Assembly: GCA_042408215.1 (NCBI GenBank)
Contig: JAYFMW010000005.1
Location: 96,001-160,000 of the forward strand
DNA from: Microcoleus sp.
GTDB taxonomy: Bacteria; Cyanobacteriota; Cyanobacteriia; Cyanobacteriales; Microcoleaceae
Reading direction: 5' to 3'
DNA length: 64,000 nt
The notes under the pieces are model-generated. The model was not told the origin of the DNA and made no database searches. It worked only from the letters and a program-made list of their open reading frames with translations. The translations under genes were made by a program, and so were the position numbers. Each line of letters begins with the position of its first letter. The first letter of the stretch is position 1. Shown in pieces: positions 31,050 to 41,952 of this stretch.

Positions 31050-32468
31050 TTACTGTTGAGCTGCGAGTCTTTCTGGAAGGCGATCGAACCTCAGCAAATC
31101 CTGGTAAGTTTCCCGCTGTACGATCGTATTAACTTCCCCGTCTCTAACTAAAACCGCCGCCGGTCTGGGTACTCGGTTGTAGTTAGAAGCCATGCTGTAA
31201 TTGTATGCCCCTGTAGCCGTGACTACTAGGACATCTCCAGCCTGACACTCTGGCAACTTAGCATCTTTAATCAGAATATCGCCTGATTCGCAATGTTTAC
31301 CAGCAACTGTCACTGTTTCCGTTAAGGGAGCAGACATTTTGTTGGCTGCGAGAATTCGATAAACCGATTGGTAGGTAATTGGACGCGGATTGTCCGACAT
31401 ACCGCCATCGACTGCTAAATACGTCCGCATTCCCGGAATGACTTTTTTAGAGCCCACGGTGTAAGCTGTGACGCAGGCTGTACCTACGAGCGATCGCCCC
31501 GGTTCGCAAAGCAATTTAGGTAATGGCAATTCATGCCGATCGCAAGCTGCTACGACTGCGGAGCAAATCGTACTAGCCCAATCTTGAATGCTGGGAGGAT
31601 CGTCCGTTTCAGTATAGCGAATGCCCAACCCGCCGCCAATATTAATTTCTGTCGCTGGCAAATCATAACTAAGTGCTTTTGTCAAGGCCTGAATTATGAC
31701 TTCGGCTAAATCGTCATGGGGTTGGAGCTCAAAAATCTGAGAGCCGATGTGAGCGTGTACTCCTACGCAAGATAACGACGGCTGCTGGCTGAGGAAACTA
31801 AAAACTCGATCGAGAGAGTTGGGATCGAATCCAAATTTACTGTCGATTTGGCCAGTTTGAATGTATTCGTGAGTGTGACACTCAATTCCAGGCGTAAACC
31901 GCACCATAACTCGTGTCGGCTCACCTGTCGAGTAGCTGACGCCCAATTTTCCCAACTCTGCTAGAGTCTCTAAATCGAGCCAATTGTCTGCTACGATCGT
32001 GCAACCGCTTTCGACAGCGAGCTGGATTTCCTCGCGGGATTTGTTATTCCCGTGAAAGTAGATTTTATTGGGATTCACACCAGCTTGTAGTGCTGTGTAG
32101 ATTTCTCCCGCAGATACCACATCTATACCTAAACCTTCCGAAGATGCGATCGCACAAACCGCCAAACAACTCCAAGCTTTAGAAGCATAGAGCACTTGAG
32201 ATTCGCCCGGATAGTAGCGTAAAAAAGCATCTCGATACTGGCGGCTTGTTGCCCGCAGCGTTTCTTCATCTAAGATGTACAGTGGCGAGCCAAATTGCTC
32301 CACCAAAGCTGTCACCTCGCAGCCTCCTATTTCTAAACGATCGCGACTGTTAACACTGGCTGTCAGTGGTAAAAGTTCTTGATTGGGCGATCTACTTTCC
32401 CTGGCTTCTTTAGACTCAGACAGATACTGAAGTCCAGATTCCACCCCGATAGATTGAGTTGATACCAT
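31050..32468 (-). CDS. lysA: Diaminopimelate decarboxylase
   Basis: YASKA, HGNNKS, SKFG, HIGSQ, EPGRS, HCESGD, GAY motifs. Confidence 0.95.
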   Translation of the reverse strand: MVSTQSIGVESGLQYLSESKEARESRSPNQELLPLTASVNSRDRLEIGGCEVTALVEQFGSPLYILDEETLRATSRQYRDAFLRYYPGESQVLYASKAWSCLAVCAIASSEGLGIDVVSAGEIYTALQAGVNPNKIYFHGNNKSREEIQLAVESGCTIVADNWLDLETLAELGKLGVSYSTGEPTRVMVRFTPGIECHTHEYIQTGQIDSKFGFDPNSLDRVFSFLSQQPSLSCVGVHAHIGSQIFELQPHDDLAEVIIQALTKALSYDLPATEINIGGGLGIRYTETDDPPSIQDWASTICSAVVAACDRHELPLPKLLCEPGRSLVGTACVTAYTVGSKKVIPGMRTYLAVDGGMSDNPRPITYQSVYRILAANKMSAPLTETVTVAGKHCESGDILIKDAKLPECQAGDVLVVTATGAYNYSMASNYNRVPRPAAVLVRDGEVNTIVQRETYQDLLRFDRLPERLAAQQ

Positions 32469-32586
32469 CGCGCAATAACTATCCTTACTGTCTTTCCCAG
32501 TGTACAATTGACCGCAAGCAATTGGGTCATAAGCCCTCAGATTGATGCTTTTGAGTAATTCTAAAATCTAAATTCTCAAATCCCCT

Positions 32587-33234
32587 GTGCGTTTTATAGA
32601 AATTAAACATCTCGCCCCAGAACACCTGCCCTGTGCGGTAGAACTCGATCGCCTCTGTTTTGGTGGACTTTGGGCGATCGAAGGCTACAGGCGCGAGTTA
32701 GACAATCCTAACAGCGATTTATTGGGTTTATGGGTACGCGAAACTGCTGACTGCGAATCAGGTCAAAACCGAGCGGGCCTGGGGGCACCGCCCCTACCAA
32801 ACTGGGCGGGCCTGGGGGCACCGCCCCTAGAGATTCGCCCAATACTCATTGGTGTGGGTTGCTTGTGGGCGATTTTAGAGGAAGCTCACATTATCATGCT
32901 GGCAATTCATCCTAGCTTTCAACGTCAAGGTTTAGGACAAGCTTTGCTTTGGGCTTTGCTAAAATCGGCTTGTGACAGACAATTAGAGCGATCGACTTTA
33001 GAAGTGCGGGACTCTAATTTAGCCGCAGTTTCTCTGTACAATAAATTTGGTTTTAAAGAAGCAGGACGGCGGAAACGATACTACGAAGACACCGGAGAAG
33101 ATGCTCTGGTAATGTGGCGCAGCGGTCTGGAAAAACCAGAATTTCAGCAATATTTGGCGGTTGAAAAACAGGAGATTTGCGATCGGCTCCACCAGAAAAA
33201 CTGGCATTGGGCGATCGATAATTTTGAGTTGTGA
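32587..33234 (+). CDS. rimI: Ribosomal protein alanine N-acetyltransferase RimI
   Basis: EAHI, QRQGLG, LEVR.SN, LY.KFGF..GRRKRYY...EDA motifs. Confidence 0.9.
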   Translation: MRFIEIKHLAPEHLPCAVELDRLCFGGLWAIEGYRRELDNPNSDLLGLWVRETADCESGQNRAGLGAPPLPNWAGLGAPPLEIRPILIGVGCLWAILEEAHIIMLAIHPSFQRQGLGQALLWALLKSACDRQLERSTLEVRDSNLAAVSLYNKFGFKEAGRRKRYYEDTGEDALVMWRSGLEKPEFQQYLAVEKQEICDRLHQKNWHWAIDNFEL

Positions 33235-33235
33235 G

Positions 33236-34312
33236 CATGAGGCTCCAGAAACCGGGTTTTTTACGAAAATACTTAGTTTATGCCCGCAAATTCGATAAAA
33301 ACCCGGTTTCTTCTGTCGGTATTCAAGCACCCATGAGGCTCCAGAAACCGGGTTTTTTACGACCAGACGCATGGCCGCCCGCAAATTCGATAAAAACCCG
33401 GTTTCTTCTGTCGGTATTCAAGCACCCATGAGGCTCCAGAAACCGGGTTTTTTACGAAAATACTTAGTTTCCGCCCGCAAACTCGATAAAAACCCGGTTT
33501 CTTTTGTCGGTATTCAAGCACCCATGAGGCTCCAGAAACCGGGTTTTTTACGAAAATACTTAGTTTCCGCCCGCAAATTCGATAAAAACCCGGTTTCTTC
33601 TGTCGGTATTCAAGCACCCATGAGGCTCCAGAAACCGGGTTTTTTACGAAAATACTTAGTTGCTGCCCGTAAACTCGATAAAAACCCGGTTTCTTCTGTC
33701 GGTATTCAAGCACCCATGAGGCTCCAGAAACCGGGTTTTTTACGAAAATACTTAGTTTCTGCCCGCAAATTCGATAAAAACCCGGTTTCTTCTGTCGGTA
33801 TTCAAGCACCCATGAGGCTCCAGAAACCGGGTTTTTTACGACTAGACGCATGGCCTCCCGCAAATTCGAGAAAAACCCGGTTTCTTCTGTCGGTATTCAA
33901 GCACCCATGAGGCTCCAGAAACCGGGTTTTTTACGACTAGACGCATGGCCTCCCGCAAATTCGAGAAAAACCCGGTTTCTTCTGTCGGTATTCAAGCACC
34001 CATGAGGCTCCAGAAACCGGGTTTTTTACGACTAGACGCATGGCCGCCCGTAAACTCGATAAAAACCCGGTCTCTTTTGTCTGTATTCAAGCACCCATGA
34101 GGCTCCAGAAACCGGGTTTTTTACGACCAGACGCATGGCCGCCCGTAAACTCGATAAAAACCCGGTTTCTTCTGTCTGTATTCAAGCACCCATGAGGCTC
34201 CAGAAACCGGGTTTTTTACGAAAATACTTAGTTTCTGCCCGCAAATTCGATAAAAACCCGGTTTCTTCTGTCGGTATTCAAGCACCCATGAGGCTCCAGA
34301 AACCGGGTTTTT
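33236..34312. repeat. Tandem array of 11 full + 1 partial 95/96-bp units containing GAAACCGGGTTTTT/AAAAACCCGGTTTC hairpins
   Basis: Unit starts at 33236, 33332, 33427, 33523, 33619, 33715, 33811, 33906, 34001, 34096, 34191 and 34287. Confidence 0.95.
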
Positions 34313-34367
34313 ATGGACTTACCGCTATCCTTGGGACATATTTACCACATTATAAGGCTAGACCGTT

Positions 34368-34901
34368 ATGGCGATAATAACAGGCACAATCAAAGTCAAT
34401 GTCGTCAACGTTACCCATCCCGAATTAACGGGTATCTACACGGGTCACTTTTCCTACGATGATACACATCTGACCAAAGTCGGCGAGGAGGTTATGACCA
34501 TCAATGGTGGAAATGGATATCGATCGGGACTGCTATCTTTTAACTTTAGATTTCTGGACTTTGCTACGGGTTTAACTCCTGTTACCTACACAGCTAGAGA
34601 TGTTGACGAGTTCCCAGATGATTTTCCTGTTTTGGCTTTTTTGAACGGAATTCCGACTCAATTTGGCTTACGACTTCTTTCTGCATCTGAAAATGACGCA
34701 TTTGGGTTCTTAGATTCCCAGCAATTTCTTTACGCCTTGCGAGATGGATCTGTTACAGGTGGGGGGCTTGTGACCTTAGAAATTAACGAATCTCCTCCTC
34801 CTGCTGTACCAGAGAATGCCTCCCCCTTCGCCTCATTGTTGGCTTTTTTGGGCTTGGGTGGACTTCACTTGTGGAGAAAGTCGAGAAAGGGAAACAATTA
34901 A
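34368..34901 (+). CDS. PEP-CTERM-like (VPEN) surface protein paralogue 1, signal peptide region disrupted
   Basis: C-terminal VPENASPFASLLAFLGLGGLHLWRKSRK. Remnant of the signal-peptide coding sequence at ~34312-34367 abuts the repeat array. Confidence 0.7.
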   Translation: MAIITGTIKVNVVNVTHPELTGIYTGHFSYDDTHLTKVGEEVMTINGGNGYRSGLLSFNFRFLDFATGLTPVTYTARDVDEFPDDFPVLAFLNGIPTQFGLRLLSASENDAFGFLDSQQFLYALRDGSVTGGGLVTLEINESPPPAVPENASPFASLLAFLGLGGLHLWRKSRKGNN

Positions 34902-35117
34902 TAATCTTTACCAACCTAACTTGAAGCGGGGCGTAGATAGAATTACTGAGATTTTCAAAACATCTAGTTATTTGTGGCAAAAAAATCTAGTAAATTTAGG
35001 GTATCAAATACGGCAAAAAAGCTTTATTCTTTATTTCAAGATTTTGTTTTCGTTAATTGCTACAAACGAAAACAAACTCACTGTTGTGGGTCAAGCCTTT
35101 CAAAACAGGAATATCTA

Positions 35118-35747
35118 ATGAACATAAAATATGGACTGACCGCTATCCTGGGAACATATTTAATATCCACATTCGGAGGAACGACCGCTATGGCAGCTAC
35201 GATCGCAGGCACAATCAAAGTCAAAATCGAGGCCGAGTACGTCACCGATCCCAAATTCGCGGGTGTCTACACTGGTGACTTTTCCTACGACGATACCCAT
35301 CTGACCAAAGTCGGCACAGAGTTCTTGGTCATGAATGATGGTGACTATCAAGCTCGACCAGGACTGCTATCTCTGAACTTTAGATTTCTGGACTTTGCGG
35401 AGGGCTTAACTCCTGTCACCTATACGGCCAGTGATGATTTAAACTTCCCAGATAATCCTGTTTTGGCTTTTGAGAACGGAGTTCCCACTCAATTTGGCTT
35501 CAACGTTTTTGGGGTAAATAAGAGTGGAGTTTTGGATGGAAATAACAGATTTATGTTTGGAGATCCGGGGATATTTCAGTTCTTCTTGCGAGATGGAGCT
35601 GTTACAGGTGGGGGGCTTGTGACCTTAGAAATTAACGAATCTCCTCCTGCTGTACCCGAGAACGCCTCCCCATTGGCTTCATTGTTGGCCTTTTTGGGCT
35701 TGGGTGCAGTCCACTTGTGGAGAAAGTCTAAAAAGGAAAACAAATAA
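35118..35747 (+). CDS. PEP-CTERM-like (VPEN) surface protein paralogue 2
   Basis: Signal peptide ending AMA. C-terminal VPEN + TM + basic tail. Confidence 0.8.
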   Translation: MNIKYGLTAILGTYLISTFGGTTAMAATIAGTIKVKIEAEYVTDPKFAGVYTGDFSYDDTHLTKVGTEFLVMNDGDYQARPGLLSLNFRFLDFAEGLTPVTYTASDDLNFPDNPVLAFENGVPTQFGFNVFGVNKSGVLDGNNRFMFGDPGIFQFFLRDGAVTGGGLVTLEINESPPAVPENASPLASLLAFLGLGAVHLWRKSKKENK

Positions 35748-35966
35748 TCATCTTTAGCAACATAACTTGAAGCGGGGCGTAGATAGAATTACTGAGATTT
35801 TCAAAACATCTAGTTATTTGTGGCAAAAAAATCTAGTAAATTTACGGTATCAAATACGGCAAAAAAGCTTTATTCTTTATTTCAAGATTTTGTTTTCGTT
35901 AATTGCTGCTACACACGAAAACAAACTCACTGCTGTGGGTGAAGCCTTTCAAATCAGGAATATCCA

Positions 35967-36569
35967 ATGAACATAAAATATGGACTGACCGCTATCCTGG
36001 GAACATATTTAATATCCACATTTGGAGGAGCGACCGCTATGGCAGCCACAATAGGAGGCACAATCAGGGTTGATATAACTAGGGGCGACTTCGCAGGTGT
36101 CTACACAGGTGACTTTGCCTACGATGATACACATCTAACCAAGGTCGGCACAGAATTAATGACCATAAATGGTGGTGGTGGAAATGGAATTATACCGGGA
36201 CTGTTATCTATGAACTTGAGATTTCTGGACTTTGCTACTGGCTTAAATCCTGTCACCTACACAGCCGATGATGTTGATGGATTTCCAGACTATCCACTTT
36301 TGTATTTAGAGAACGGAATTCCCACTCAATTTGCCTTCCAACTTTTTTCTACATCTGGAAATGATGGACTTATGTTTGGAGATCCAAGGTCATTTAATTT
36401 CGCCTTGCGAAATGGAACTATTGGAGGTGATGGGAGTGTGAGCTTAGAAATTACTGAACCTACTACTGAACCTACTCCTGTACCGGAGAACTCCTCCCCC
36501 TTCGCCTCATTGTTGGCTTTCTTGGGCTTGGGTGCAGTTCACTTGGGGAGAAAGTCGAGAAAGGGATAG
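35967..36569 (+). CDS. PEP-CTERM-like (VPEN) surface protein paralogue 3
   Basis: Same architecture, with TEPTTEPTP linker. Confidence 0.8.
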   Translation: MNIKYGLTAILGTYLISTFGGATAMAATIGGTIRVDITRGDFAGVYTGDFAYDDTHLTKVGTELMTINGGGGNGIIPGLLSMNLRFLDFATGLNPVTYTADDVDGFPDYPLLYLENGIPTQFAFQLFSTSGNDGLMFGDPRSFNFALRNGTIGGDGSVSLEITEPTTEPTPVPENSSPFASLLAFLGLGAVHLGRKSRKG

Positions 36570-36618
36570 TCAACAGAAACAAATAATCTTTAACAACCTA
36601 ACTTGAGAGGAATTTCCC

Positions 36619-36723
36619 ATGACAGTAATCGATACTCCGTTTTTGGTGACAGGTGGCGAAACTAAGAACCCACCCAGCAATGCTTTTAGCCCAAGTCAGC
36701 GTCAAATAAATATTCGCGCGCCG
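36619..36723 (+). pseudogene. 5' fragment of the lipase-RTX gene
   Basis: Near-identical to 37571-37675 (MTVIDTPFLVTGGETKNPPSNAFSPSQRQINIRAP), then truncated. Confidence 0.75.
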
Positions 36724-36930
36724 AGTCTCAGGAGAGCAGGGCGTAGATAGAATTACCGAGCTTTTTACAATATCTCCTTATTTTTAGCAAAAAACTCTAG
36801 TAAATTTACGGTGTCAAATACGGCAAAAAAGCTTTATTCTTTATTTCAAGATGTTGTTTTCGTTAATTGCTGCTACAAACGAAAAAAAACTCACTGTTGT
36901 GGGTTAAGCCTTTCAAAACAGGAATATCTA

Positions 36931-37521
36931 ATGAACATGAAATATGTACTGACCGCTATCCTGGGAACATATTTAATATCCACATTAGCAGGAACGACCG
37001 CTATGGCTGCGACAATCAAAGGGACAATCAGGGTTGACATAAGTGATGGTGACTTCGCAGGGGTCTACAGGGGTGACTTTTCCTACGACGATACCCATCT
37101 GACCAAAGTCGGCGAGGAGGCCATGACTGTCAACGATCGAATTATACCAGGACTGCTATCCTTTAACTTTAGATTTCTGGACTTTGCGGAGGGCTTAACT
37201 CCTGTCACCTATACGGCGAGTGATGTTGACGACTTCCCAAATGCCCCTGTTTTGCTTTTCGAGAATGGAATTCCCAGTCAATTTGGCTTACAAATTTTTT
37301 CTGAATCTAGAAATGGCGGACTGATGTTTGGAGATCCCAAGCTATTTCTTTACGCCTTGCGAAATGGAACTTATGGAGGTGATGGGAGTGTGACCTTAGA
37401 AATTACTGAACCTACTACTGAACCTACTCCTGTACCGGAAAACTTCTCCCCCTTCGCTTCATTGTTAGCTTTCTTCGGCTTGGGTGGGGTTCACCTGTGG
37501 AGAAAGTCGAGAAAGGGTTAG
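36931..37521 (+). CDS. PEP-CTERM-like (VPEN) surface protein paralogue 4
   Basis: Same architecture as paralogues 2 and 3. Confidence 0.8.
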   Translation: MNMKYVLTAILGTYLISTLAGTTAMAATIKGTIRVDISDGDFAGVYRGDFSYDDTHLTKVGEEAMTVNDRIIPGLLSFNFRFLDFAEGLTPVTYTASDVDDFPNAPVLLFENGIPSQFGLQIFSESRNGGLMFGDPKLFLYALRNGTYGGDGSVTLEITEPTTEPTPVPENFSPFASLLAFFGLGGVHLWRKSRKG

Positions 37522-37570
37522 TCAACAGAAACAAATAATCTTTAACAACCTAACTTGAGAGGAATGGACA

Positions 37571-39410
37571 ATGGCAGTAATAGATACTCCGTTTTTGGTC
37601 ACAGGTGGCGAAACTAAGAACCCACCTAGCAATGCTTATAGTCCCAGTCAGCGTCAAATCAATATCCGTGCGCCCTTCGGCATTCCCTCTGCCGAGCAAT
37701 GGAGTGGTCAAAAAATATGGCTGCTGCTTCCTGGTTTCACAAATCCCGCCGATTATTACGATCCAAATCTGGCGACAGCCATCAAGGATGCTAACCCAAA
37801 CGATACGGTTTTAGCCCTTGACTGGACTCAAGTGAGCGGCACCAAGTTTTTCAATATTGGACCATTAGGGATCGCCGCTGGAGACCTTTACAGGTCGGGT
37901 TCGTGGATTACCCCAGTGGCCAACGCAGTCCGAGACAAACTTGTTGAGTGGGGAATGCCAGCCCCAGCACTCAATATTGTTGGGAATAGTCTCGGCGTCT
38001 CACCTAGCCAGCGATCTTGCCGCCAGTTTCACTAGCTACGGGAGTCAAGTGAGTTCGGTAACAGCCCTTGACCCAGCATCAAATCAAGCGAAAGGGGTCA
38101 GTCCATACGATACAACTAATGGCCACGATACTGACCTATCAAATGGATACGTATTAGATGGAAATGGAGGAATTGCAGACCCAATCAAACGCTTAGACTT
38201 TGGTGGTGCAGCGGTTTCAAGAAGTTTTAATGGCATCAGTAGTTTAGCAGGAAATGAAGCTCAAGCCGGAACTGCCAAGGAATCCTTCCTGTTTGACTTC
38301 GGCACCGATCCGAAAAATATTACAGCACAAATCGCTCAACACAACGGTGTCGTCACCGCCTACACAAATTTGGTTACAACTGATGCAGGTGGCAATTCTC
38401 GTTTAGCCACAAATATTTTGGGTCTGAGTGACACGCAGGCGGATCATCAGTTTCGACCAAACTTCTATAAAGGAGATTTTAATGTCTCTCTTAAAGTGCA
38501 TGAAGGAATGATTCCCGTTGATGCTCAAAATAATCCTTTGTTTCTGGTTGCTGCCAAGCTTAATGGCGGGATAGATGACCGAATCATCTATGGGACTAAC
38601 AAAAACGACACATTAATAGGAACTGGTATTTTTGGGAAATATTACAACAACAACGGCAACCATACTTATTATTTTGGGGATGGGGACGACATCGTTTCTG
38701 CTGGCACGGGTAATGACATCATCTTAGGCGGGAAAGGAGTTGACGCCCTTGATGGCGGAGAGGGGAATAATTCGATTTTTGGTGAGGATGGTGATGATTT
38801 TCTCAGTGCTGGCGCAGGTGATGACACCATCTTTGGCGGGAATGGCAATGACAACATTACCGGCAGAAATGGGAACAATACCATCCGTGGCGACCAGGGC
38901 GATGACAATATCACGGCTGGTACTGGTAATGATACTATCTTTGGCGGAGCTGGAAATGACAACATCTTGAGCGGCGATGGCAGGAATACCATTCGTGGTG
39001 AGGAGGGTAATGATTATCTCACTGGTGGAAATGGCATTAATATCTTGTTTGGTGGTTTGGGAAACGACACTCTCGGAGGTGGTACCGGTCAAAACATATT
39101 AAGAGGTTCAGAAAACAACAGTCTGTCTAATGTTGAAGTAGATACTTTAATTGGCAATAGCGGTAAATCCCTTAACGTATTTTATATTGGTGATAGTACC
39201 AGAAATTGGTACTCAACCGCAGGTCTGAATGATTACGCCAAGATAGAGAAATTCAATGCAGCAACTGATATAATTTTGGGTGGCGTGAATATTCAGGCAC
39301 AAAACCTCATCACTCAAACCTTTCTCTGGTCTGGAAATGAATTGATTGCCAAGATTGACGGTCTTTGGGCTTCGCAACTAGAGTCGCAGTTCCCTACAAG
39401 GATATTTTAG
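37571..39410 (+). CDS. Alpha/beta-hydrolase (lipase-like) + RTX Ca-binding repeat protein, apparent +1 frameshift near 37998
   Basis: LLPGF, LALDW, GNSLG-x-H and TALDPA motifs span the two ORFs (37571-38035, 37941-39410). Many GGxGxD nonapeptides. Confidence 0.75.
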
Positions 39411-39551
39411 GATTGACCTTTTCCCCCAACGCAGCAGGGGCACAATTTAGATGCGATCGCCCAGATCCCTCTCTCCCTCTCGCCCTCCCAAACCAACAGA
39501 TTATTTAGACGCGCAGCAGCTTAGGGGCGGATTTAGGGGATAAATTGTACA

Positions 39552-39649
39552 TATACAGCAAATTGCAGGTTTATGAAGTACATCCCAGAAACCCGGTTTC
39601 TTGATGAAACCGGGTTTCGCGTATCTACTTACCTGAAAAGTGCTGTATA
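39552..39649. repeat. MITE-like repeat (TATACAGCA...TGCTGTATA) with internal GAAACCCGGTTTC inverted repeat
   Basis: Imperfect terminal inverted repeats visible. Confidence 0.5.
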
Positions 39650-39775
39650 ACTCAGCACTGTCTTTGACCGTGCTTTCGTGGTAGAGTGGTTTTTTTGATT
39701 AACTGGTCTGACTTGAAAGTCTGAAACTTCAACGTTAGAAAAGAATCTAAATCCTGTTTAAGGCTAAAGTGAATC

Positions 39776-41843
39776 ATGAACACTAGAAACTTAGATGACC
39801 AGGTAGAAAGTACCGAAAATGGAGCGATCGAAGTTGCAGATCAATTCCAGGATGCAGCCGCAACTTCTGCGACTTCACAAACAGAATTCAATGCAGAAAA
39901 GCTAGGACGTGTCTACTTCATTCGTCACGGTGAAAGCACCAGTAACGAACGTAACATTTTTGCGGGAGTTCTGGATGTTGACCTCACATCATTTGGTAGA
40001 TTGCAAGCGCGTCAAGCAGGGGTTGACCTCAAGAAAAAAGGTACAAAGTTTGATGCAGTATATGTCTCCCACATGAGACGCGCACGGCAAACCTGTGAAA
40101 TCGCCCTTGCTGAAAGTCAAGCACTAAAGTCGCCCGATATCCCTGTTCAAATAGACCATCGAATTAGCGAAAAATCCTTCGGCATTTTTGCGGGTCGTAA
40201 CCTAAATCTGCTGCGTCTAGCCCTGGGCTACGAAGGCTTCGAGGAAATGTTGCACTCACACAACGAAGCACCCCCAGCCGGCGAAAAGATTGCCCAAGTT
40301 TACGCTCGCGCAGCCCGTTTCTACGAAGACAAAGTTGTACCGCACTTGGAACGGGGAGAAACAGTTCTAGTAGTGTGCCACCAATATGTATTGGAGCCTC
40401 TAGCACTTTATTTAAGCGGCTCTACCACCGAGTTCTTATAAACACCTGAAACTGCCCAATGGTAAAGCTCTCAGTGGTGTGGAACTTGTCAATTTTCGCA
40501 ACAAGGAATCTGGTGGTGCCGCTTCTCTGCGGAAAGAGATCAACGATCTTTCAATTATGTGGGCAATTTTGATCTATGCCGCCGCCTTCTTGCTGGGAAG
40601 CTTGCTAAGGGCCATCAGCACCTCAGAAGCAGGGATTCCGTCAGAGTTATTTCGAGCGATCGTCGTTGCGTGTCTAGCTGCTTCAACGTTTTATACTTAC
40701 CTAGACATTGACTTTGCCGCCAGTAAACGCAAAGTAACTTCTACTGTGAAGTATCTAGTTTATGGCTGGATGGCTGTGCGATGGGCTGTTGGGCTTTCCT
40801 TAATATTTTCGGGATTTTTGTATCAAAGCCCCGCCGATTTGTACAAAGTTTTGTGGGTGCTGTTTTGGATGGTTCCGCCAGCCCTCACTTCCCCAGTTTT
40901 ATCCGTGCTTTGGGGCGGTAATCTTTATCCGTCCGCTCTCTTGTCAAGAACGTTATCAATTGTTGCTCCCCTGGCTCTTCTGGCTACATTAAAGGTTGCC
41001 AATTTACCCATTAATGTTGATAGCCTGATCTTTTTCGGTGTCATTCTAATTCTAGGGCTAGCAATACCGGGTGCGATCGCCCAGTTTTGGCGTGACAAAT
41101 CCTCGGTTGAATCAAACCACCACAGTAAAAACTGGAAATTCATCGGAGTGCTTGCTGTCGCATTCATGGCCTTGGTCACAGGGTTTCAGTTTACTCCATC
41201 AACCTTCATTTCGGATATATTTTCTGCAACCGCTCCGAACCGCTCCCTAGCCTGTCTGCAACAACTGGCAATTGCCACCCTAGTCTTTGTCTCAATGCGC
41301 GTCTTGGCTGTATTAACCTCCGTATTGACAAAAGACAAGCTAAGCAAGGCAGAAGCTCAGGATGCTTATATCCTGCTTGTAAATCCCAACTTTTTCCTTT
41401 GGGCTGCTCTTTTCCTCGGAGTTAGTGCCACAATGCCGGAAGTGAAGTATGCTGTTTTTTGGGCAGCACTGGGATTTTTCTGCATTCCACTTGTCGAGCA
41501 GATATTGTTTATGACTTCATTCAGCAATGATATATTGAGAGAAACACTGCGCTCTTCGAGAGTGGCAACAGAAGATGTTAAAAAGCTTTTCCTCCAATTG
41601 GATACTGATGGAAGTAAGTCGCTCGCTCGCTCTGAGATTATGGAGTTGTTAGGGCTAATCGAAGATATGACAACAGGCGAACGTAGCTCTGAAGAAGTCA
41701 GGAAATACATCACTGATTATCTTTTTAACATTCTTGACAGCGATCTAAATGGCAGTGTTGATTTACAAGAGTTAGAAGATTACATATCAACCTATGGGTT
41801 GGTTGCCAACCTTAACGTTGCTCAAACATCAACTTTGACTTAA
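39776..41843 (+). CDS. Histidine phosphatase (PGAM-like) - multi-TM membrane domain - EF-hand pair fusion, apparent +1 frameshift near 40420
   Basis: RHGE, RARQT, SEKSFG and VCH in the first ORF. Removing one base gives LSGLPPSSYKHLKLPNGKALSGVEL continuing into 40479-41843, which has ~9-10 hydrophobic segments and EF-hand loops DTDGSKSLARSE and DSDLNGSVDLQE. Confidence 0.7.
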
Positions 41844-41952
41844 TAAGTATGAAATCCTATTCAACCTTAAAGAATGATGATGTCCGCTTATTTTTCCGAC
41901 TGCTCTATGCAGGAATGCAAGAGTAAGGCTATTAGCTTGCGCCACACTTTGC

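Noticed and set aside
33236..34312. CRISPR array
   Set aside because: The intervening sequences are only two recurring alleles, the units are ~95 bp, and no cas genes are present.
33357..34377. Repetitive ORFs within the tandem array
   Set aside because: Open on both strands only because the repeat unit lacks stops. No protein features.
34368..37521. Diversity-generating retroelement acting on the VPEN paralogues
   Set aside because: No reverse transcriptase in the window, and the differences include indels and are not adenine-specific.
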